64,000 nucleotides of DNA from Escherichia coli (GTDB lineage Bacteria; Pseudomonadota; Gammaproteobacteria; Enterobacterales; Enterobacteriaceae). Below the pieces are notes generated by a model, which saw nothing but the letters and a program-made list of their open reading frames with translations, searched no databases and was not told the DNA's origin. The DNA lies in assembly GCF_030384885.1 (NCBI RefSeq), contig NZ_CP128613.1. One strand, written 5' to 3'. Position numbers and translations under genes: made by a program. Numbering within the stretch: position 1 is the first letter of the stretch; the number at the start of each line of letters is the position of its first letter. Shown here piece after piece: positions 57,788 to 64,000 of this stretch.

Positions 57788-58414
57788 AAACGGCCCCGCA
57801 TTCATTGTCGGATACAGCGTACCTGTCTTATCCGATCTAAACGGCAACACACCACATATTTCCCTGCCAAATTTGCGCCCCACATCTCACTATCCATTAA
57901 CGGATTTGTGACAGAATCCATTGTCTTTTTTTATATTTGCTTAAATCTTTTTTTGCGTTACTTATGGCTGGCGCTGGCATTTTCCGCTGTGCGTTTTAGC
58001 GTTCATGGTATTAATCGCTCAGATATCCATCTTTTCCTCAGATTTTTTTCATTAAATGCATAAAACTTAATCACCAAATGTTGCTAAATATTAAGCTGAT
58101 TGTTCTGGTTATGTTGGCGTAGCACAAATTTCTCTGCTGCAAATAGCTGTTTGAAGTTTTTTTAATCTTTGTTTGTGGATTCTCACCGTTGGTGTAAATC
58201 CCGGTTGGCTGTATTGACGTTTTCACATTCTGTTGACAGATTGTAGGTCACGAGGGGCATTTTATGGAGGATCCGCACTGTTACACTGATGTTAATTAGT
58301 ACGGCATCCCCACCTCATAACGTTGACCCGACCGGGTAAAAAACAAAAAAGGTCAGGCAGCGACAACCCACTGCAAAGGGTTAAAACAACAAACATCACA
58401 ATTGGAGCAGAATA

Positions 58415-60022
58415 ATGCGTATTTCCTTGAAAAAGTCAGGGATGCTGAAGCTTGGTCTCAGCCTGGTGGCTATGACCGTCGCAGCAAGTGTTCAGGCTAA
58501 AACTCTGGTTTATTGCTCAGAAGGATCTCCGGAAGGGTTTAACCCGCAGCTGTTTACCTCCGGCACCACCTATGACGCCTCTTCCGTACCGCTTTATAAC
58601 CGCCTGGTTGAATTTAAAATCGGCACCACTGAAGTGATTCCGGGCCTCGCTGAAAAGTGGGAAGTCAGCGAAGACGGTAAAACCTATACCTTCCATCTGC
58701 GTAAAGGTGTGAAGTGGCATAACAACAAAGAATTCAAACCGACGCGCGAACTGAATGCCGATGACGTGGTGTTCTCGTTCGATCGTCAGAAAAACGCACA
58801 AAACCCGTACCATAAAGTTTCTGGCGGCAGCTACGAATACTTCGAAGGTATGGGCTTGCCGGAGCTGATCAGCGAAGTGAAAAAGGTGGACGACAACACC
58901 GTTCAGTTCGTGCTGACTCGCCCGGAAGCGCCGTTCCTTGCTGACCTGGCAATGGACTTCGCCTCTATTCTGTCAAAAGAATATGCTGACGCGATGATGA
59001 AAGCCGGTACGCCGGAAAAACTGGACCTCAACCCAATCGGCACCGGCCCGTTCCAGTTACAGCAATATCAAAAAGATTCCCGTATTCGCTACAAAGCGTT
59101 TGATGGCTACTGGGGCACCAAACCGCAGATCGATACGCTGGTCTTCTCTATTACTCCTGACGCTTCCGTGCGTTACGCTAAATTGCAGAAGAACGAATGC
59201 CAGGTGATGCCGTACCCGAACCCGGCAGACATCGCTCGCATGAAGCAGGATAAATCCATCAACCTGATGGAAATGCCGGGGCTGAACGTCGGCTATCTCT
59301 CGTATAACGTGCAGAAAAAACCACTGGATGACGTGAAAGTTCGCCAGGCACTGACCTATGCGGTGAACAAAGACGCGATTATCAAAGCGGTGTATCAGGG
59401 CGCTGGCGTATCAGCGAAAAACCTGATCCCGCCAACCATGTGGGGCTATAACGATGATGTTCAGGACTACACCTACGATCCTGAAAAAGCGAAAGCCTTG
59501 CTGAAAGAAGCGGGTCTGGAAAAAGGCTTCTCTATCGACCTGTGGGCAATGCCGGTACAACGTCCGTATAACCCGAACGCTCGTCGCATGGCAGAGATGA
59601 TTCAGGCAGACTGGGCGAAAGTCGGCGTACAAGCGAAAATCGTTACCTACGAATGGGGTGAGTACCTCAAGCGTGCAAAAGATGGCGAGCACCAGACGGT
59701 AATGATGGGCTGGACTGGCGATAACGGGGATCCGGATAACTTCTTCGCTACCCTGTTTAGCTGCGCTGCCTCTGAACAAGGCTCCAACTACTCAAAATGG
59801 TGCTACAAACCGTTTGAAGATCTGATTCAACCGGCGCGTGCTACCGACGACCACAACAAGCGTGTTGAACTGTACAAACAAGCACAGGTCGTGATGCACG
59901 ATCAGGCTCCGGCACTGATCATCGCTCACTCCACCGTGTTTGAACCGGTACGCAAAGAAGTTAAAGGCTATGTGGTTGATCCATTAGGCAAACATCACTT
60001 CGAAAACGTCTCTATCGAATAA
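58415..60022 (+). CDS. dppA: Dipeptide ABC transporter periplasmic binding protein
   Basis: 535-aa ORF with signal peptide, recognised. Confidence 0.95.
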   Translation: MRISLKKSGMLKLGLSLVAMTVAASVQAKTLVYCSEGSPEGFNPQLFTSGTTYDASSVPLYNRLVEFKIGTTEVIPGLAEKWEVSEDGKTYTFHLRKGVKWHNNKEFKPTRELNADDVVFSFDRQKNAQNPYHKVSGGSYEYFEGMGLPELISEVKKVDDNTVQFVLTRPEAPFLADLAMDFASILSKEYADAMMKAGTPEKLDLNPIGTGPFQLQQYQKDSRIRYKAFDGYWGTKPQIDTLVFSITPDASVRYAKLQKNECQVMPYPNPADIARMKQDKSINLMEMPGLNVGYLSYNVQKKPLDDVKVRQALTYAVNKDAIIKAVYQGAGVSAKNLIPPTMWGYNDDVQDYTYDPEKAKALLKEAGLEKGFSIDLWAMPVQRPYNPNARRMAEMIQADWAKVGVQAKIVTYEWGEYLKRAKDGEHQTVMMGWTGDNGDPDNFFATLFSCAASEQGSNYSKWCYKPFEDLIQPARATDDHNKRVELYKQAQVVMHDQAPALIIAHSTVFEPVRKEVKGYVVDPLGKHHFENVSIE

Positions 60023-60057
60023 TTAAAAGCCATACAAGGTTGATGGCAAACGCAAAA

Positions 60058-60158
<101 letters not shown>

Positions 60159-60329
60159 TGACCAAAGCGTACTTTGTCAACAATCTGCATACCCGGTGGT
60201 GCTGTGCCTTTAAGTGCAGCGCCATCCGGCAGCAATACTTAATTCCTTGTCCTATAAGGGCGGGAATTGATTTGTGAGCAATACAGACTCGCAGTTCCAG
60301 GCTGCGGGTCACTACAGAGAATCCGGGTT

Positions 60330-61349
60330 ATGTTGCAGTTTATTCTCCGACGTTTGGGACTCGTCATCCCCACGTTTATCGGTATTACCCTTCTCACATT
60401 TGCCTTTGTCCACATGATCCCGGGCGATCCGGTGATGATCATGGCGGGTGAACGTGGGATCTCCCCAGAGCGTCACGCACAATTGCTGGCAGAACTCGGC
60501 TTGGATAAACCGATGTGGCAGCAGTATCTCCATTACATTTGGGGTGTAATGCACGGTGATTTAGGCATTTCGATGAAAAGCCGCATCCCGGTTTGGGAAG
60601 AGTTCGTGCCGCGCTTCCAGGCCACGCTGGAACTTGGCGTCTGCGCGATGATTTTTGCGACCGCGGTCGGTATTCCGGTTGGTGTGCTGGCTGCGGTTAA
60701 ACGCGGTTCTATTTTCGATCACACGGCGGTTGGTCTGGCGCTGACCGGCTACTCCATGCCGATCTTCTGGTGGGGCATGATGTTGATCATGCTGGTTTCG
60801 GTGCACTGGAACCTGACGCCTGTCTCCGGTCGCGTGAGCGACATGGTGTTCCTCGATGACTCCAATCCGTTAACCGGTTTTATGCTAATCGACACCGCCA
60901 TCTGGGGTGAAGACGGTAACTTTATCGATGCCGTCGCCCATATGATCCTGCCCGCCATTGTGCTGGGTACTATCCCGCTGGCGGTCATTGTACGTATGAC
61001 GCGCTCCTCGATGCTGGAAGTGCTGGGCGAGGATTACATCCGCACCGCGCGTGCCAAAGGGCTGACCCGCCTTAGGGTGATTATCGTCCATGCGCTGCGT
61101 AATGCCATGCTGCCGGTGGTGACCGTTATCGGCCTGCAGGTGGGAACATTGCTGGCAGGCGCGATTCTGACCGAAACCATCTTCTCGTGGCCAGGTCTGG
61201 GGCGCTGGTTGATTGACGCGCTGCAACGCCGCGATTATCCGGTAGTGCAGGGAGGCGTATTACTGGTGGCGACGATGATTATCCTCGTCAACCTGCTGGT
61301 CGATCTGCTGTACGGCGTGGTGAACCCGCGTATTCGTCATAAGAAGTAA
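60330..61349 (+). CDS. dppB: Dipeptide ABC transporter permease
   Basis: Start at ATG 60330 (MLQFILRRLGLVIPTFIG) giving 339 aa. Confidence 0.92.
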   Translation: MLQFILRRLGLVIPTFIGITLLTFAFVHMIPGDPVMIMAGERGISPERHAQLLAELGLDKPMWQQYLHYIWGVMHGDLGISMKSRIPVWEEFVPRFQATLELGVCAMIFATAVGIPVGVLAAVKRGSIFDHTAVGLALTGYSMPIFWWGMMLIMLVSVHWNLTPVSGRVSDMVFLDDSNPLTGFMLIDTAIWGEDGNFIDAVAHMILPAIVLGTIPLAVIVRMTRSSMLEVLGEDYIRTARAKGLTRLRVIIVHALRNAMLPVVTVIGLQVGTLLAGAILTETIFSWPGLGRWLIDALQRRDYPVVQGGVLLVATMIILVNLLVDLLYGVVNPRIRHKK

Positions 61350-61358
61350 GGGGACATC

Positions 61359-62261
61359 ATGTCACAGGTTACTGAAAATAAAGTGATTAGCGCACCGGTG
61401 CCGATGACCCCGTTACAGGAGTTCTGGCACTATTTTAAACGCAACAAAGGCGCGGTTGTCGGGCTGGTTTACGTCGTCATCGTGCTGTTTATCGCGATCT
61501 TTGCCAACTGGATTGCACCCTATAACCCAGCGGAACAGTTCCGCGATGCACTGCTCGCCCCGCCAGCCTGGCAAGAAGGCGGCAGTATGGCGCACTTGCT
61601 GGGCACCGATGACGTAGGTCGTGATGTGCTGTCGCGGCTGATGTACGGCGCGCGCTTGTCGCTGCTGGTTGGCTGTCTGGTAGTGGTGTTATCGCTGATT
61701 ATGGGCGTTATTCTCGGCCTGATCGCTGGTTACTTTGGCGGCCTGGTCGATAACATCATCATGCGCGTGGTCGATATCATGCTGGCGCTGCCAAGTCTGC
61801 TGCTGGCGCTGGTGCTGGTGGCGATTTTCGGCCCGTCGATTGGTAACGCCGCGCTGGCGCTAACCTTCGTTGCGCTGCCGCACTATGTGCGCTTAACCCG
61901 CGCCGCCGTGCTGGTGGAGGTGAATCGCGATTACGTCACCGCGTCTCGCGTGGCGGGGGCCGGGGCGATGCGTCAGATGTTTATTAACATCTTCCCGAAC
62001 TGCCTTGCGCCGCTGATTGTTCAGGCGTCGCTCGGTTTCTCTAACGCCATTCTCGATATGGCTGCTCTTGGTTTCCTCGGCATGGGAGCGCAGCCGCCAA
62101 CACCGGAGTGGGGCACCATGCTCTCCGATGTGTTGCAGTTCGCGCAAAGCGCCTGGTGGGTCGTAACCTTCCCCGGTCTGGCGATCCTGCTGACGGTGCT
62201 GGCATTTAACCTGATGGGTGACGGTCTGCGTGACGCGCTCGATCCCAAACTGAAGCAGTAA
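61359..62261 (+). CDS. dppC: Dipeptide ABC transporter permease
   Basis: 300-aa membrane ORF, recognised. Confidence 0.93.
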
Positions 62262-62271
62262 GAGGTTCGAG

Positions 62272-63255
62272 ATGGCGTTATTAAATGTAGATAAATTATC
62301 GGTGCATTTCGGCGACGAAAGCGCACCGTTCCGCGCCGTAGACCGTATCAGCTACAGCGTAAAACAGGGCGAAGTGGTCGGAATTGTGGGTGAGTCTGGC
62401 TCCGGTAAGTCGGTCAGTTCACTGGCGATTATGGGGCTGATTGATTATCCGGGCCGCGTGATGGCAGAAAAGCTGGAGTTTAACGGCCAGGATTTGCAGC
62501 GTATCTCGGAAAAAGAGCGCCGCAACCTGGTGGGTGCCGAAGTGGCGATGATCTTTCAGGACCCGATGACCAGCCTCAACCCGTGTTACACCGTAGGTTT
62601 CCAGATTATGGAAGCAATTAAAGTGCATCAGGGCGGTAATAAGAGCACTCGCCGTCAGCGGGCGATTGATCTGCTGAATCAGGTCGGTATTCCCGATCCG
62701 GCATCGCGTCTGGATGTTTACCCGCATCAGCTTTCTGGCGGCATGAGCCAGCGTGTGATGATCGCCATGGCGATTGCCTGTCGGCCAAAACTGCTGATTG
62801 CTGATGAGCCGACCACCGCGCTGGACGTGACCATTCAGGCACAAATCATCGAACTGCTGCTGGAGCTGCAGCAGAAAGAGAACATGGCGCTGGTGTTGAT
62901 TACCCATGACCTGGCGCTGGTGGCGGAAGCGGCGCATAAAATCATCGTCATGTATGCAGGCCAGGTGGTGGAAACGGGCGATGCCCACGCCATCTTCCAT
63001 GCACCGCGTCATCCGTATACTCAGGCATTGCTGCGCGCGCTGCCGGAATTTGCCCAGGACAAAGAACGTCTGGCGTCATTGCCTGGCGTCGTTCCTGGCA
63101 AATACGACCGACCGAATGGCTGCCTGCTTAACCCGCGTTGCCCCTATGCCACTGACAGATGCCGTGCTGAAGAACCGGCGCTGAATATGCTCGCTGACGG
63201 GCGTCAGTCCAAATGCCATTACCCACTTGATGATGCCGGGAGGCCCACACTATGA
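62272..63255 (+). CDS. dppD: Dipeptide ABC transporter ATP-binding protein
   Basis: 327-aa ORF with Walker A GESGSGKS, recognised. Confidence 0.93.
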
Positions 63256-64000
63256 GTACGCAAGAGGCCACCCTGCAACAACCGCTGTTGCAGGCTATCG
63301 ACCTGAAAAAACATTATCCGGTGAAGAAAGGCATGTTCGCGCCGGAACGTCTTGTAAAGGCGCTGGATGGCGTTTCGTTTAATCTTGAACGTGGCAAAAC
63401 GCTGGCAGTAGTGGGTGAATCTGGCTGCGGTAAGTCGACCCTCGGTCGGTTGCTGACGATGATTGAAACGCCCACCGGCGGCGAACTGTATTACCAGGGG
63501 CAGGATCTGCTCAAGCACGATCCGCAGGCGCAGAAGTTGCGTCGGCAGAAAATCCAGATCGTCTTTCAGAATCCCTATGGCTCGCTGAATCCGCGTAAAA
63601 AAGTCGGGCAAATTCTTGAAGAGCCGCTGCTTATTAACACCAGTTTAAGCAAAGAACAGCGTCGGGAAAAAGCGTTGTCGATGATGGCAAAAGTTGGCCT
63701 AAAAACCGAGCATTACGACCGCTACCCGCATATGTTCTCCGGCGGTCAGCGTCAGCGTATCGCCATTGCCCGTGGTCTGATGCTCGACCCGGATGTGGTG
63801 ATTGCCGATGAACCGGTTTCCGCGCTGGACGTTTCAGTGCGTGCGCAGGTGCTGAATCTGATGATGGATTTGCAGCAGGAGTTGGGGCTGTCTTATGTCT
63901 TTATCTCGCACGACCTGTCGGTGGTGGAGCACATTGCTGATGAAGTGATGGTGATGTACCTGGGCCGCTGCGTGGAGAAGGGAACGAAGGACCAAATCTT
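63252..64000 (+). CDS. dppF: Dipeptide ABC transporter ATP-binding protein, 5' part (runs off window end)
   Basis: ATG 63252 overlapping the dppD stop (ATGA); Walker [10 protein letters not shown]; open to the window end. Confidence 0.9.

Noticed and set aside
62419-63012. 197-aa minus-strand ORF
   Set aside because: Antisense within dppD; shadow ORF.

Overview
The window reads as one contiguous Escherichia coli-type chromosomal segment, colinear (in reversed orientation) with the K-12 selA-to-dppF interval. All identifications come from reading the translated ORFs and recalling known E. coli proteins; no database search or computation was run. Recognised genes, in order: the 5' part of an Rhs core gene, yibF, selA-selB, yiaY, aldB, yiaW-yiaV, yiaU, yiaT, the yiaKLMNO-lyxK-sgbHUE operon with yiaJ, ysaA, avtA, malS, bax, xylR, xylFGH, xylAB, yiaB, yiaA, wecH, ysaB, glyQS, mokA/hokA, cspA, yiaG, yiaF, ghrB, yiaD, bisC, yiaC, tag, yhjY, yhjX, eptB, proK tRNA-Pro(CGG), dppABCD and the start of dppF. 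The best candidate for an undescribed system is a three-gene accessory sugar module (GH127 hydrolase, GPH symporter, divergent AraC regulator) at 12339-16761, sitting between yiaT and sgbE where K-12 has none. Other departures from the K-12 layout: an Rhs gene whose N-terminus is fused in frame to late-core sequence, an in-frame TGA at codon 10 of yhjY, two degenerate tRNA-3'-like repeat units downstream of proK, a hokA/mokA locus with no IS element between glyS and cspA, and a possible unannotated small membrane ORF between aldB and yiaW. No CRISPR array, IS element, integrase or prophage gene was seen.
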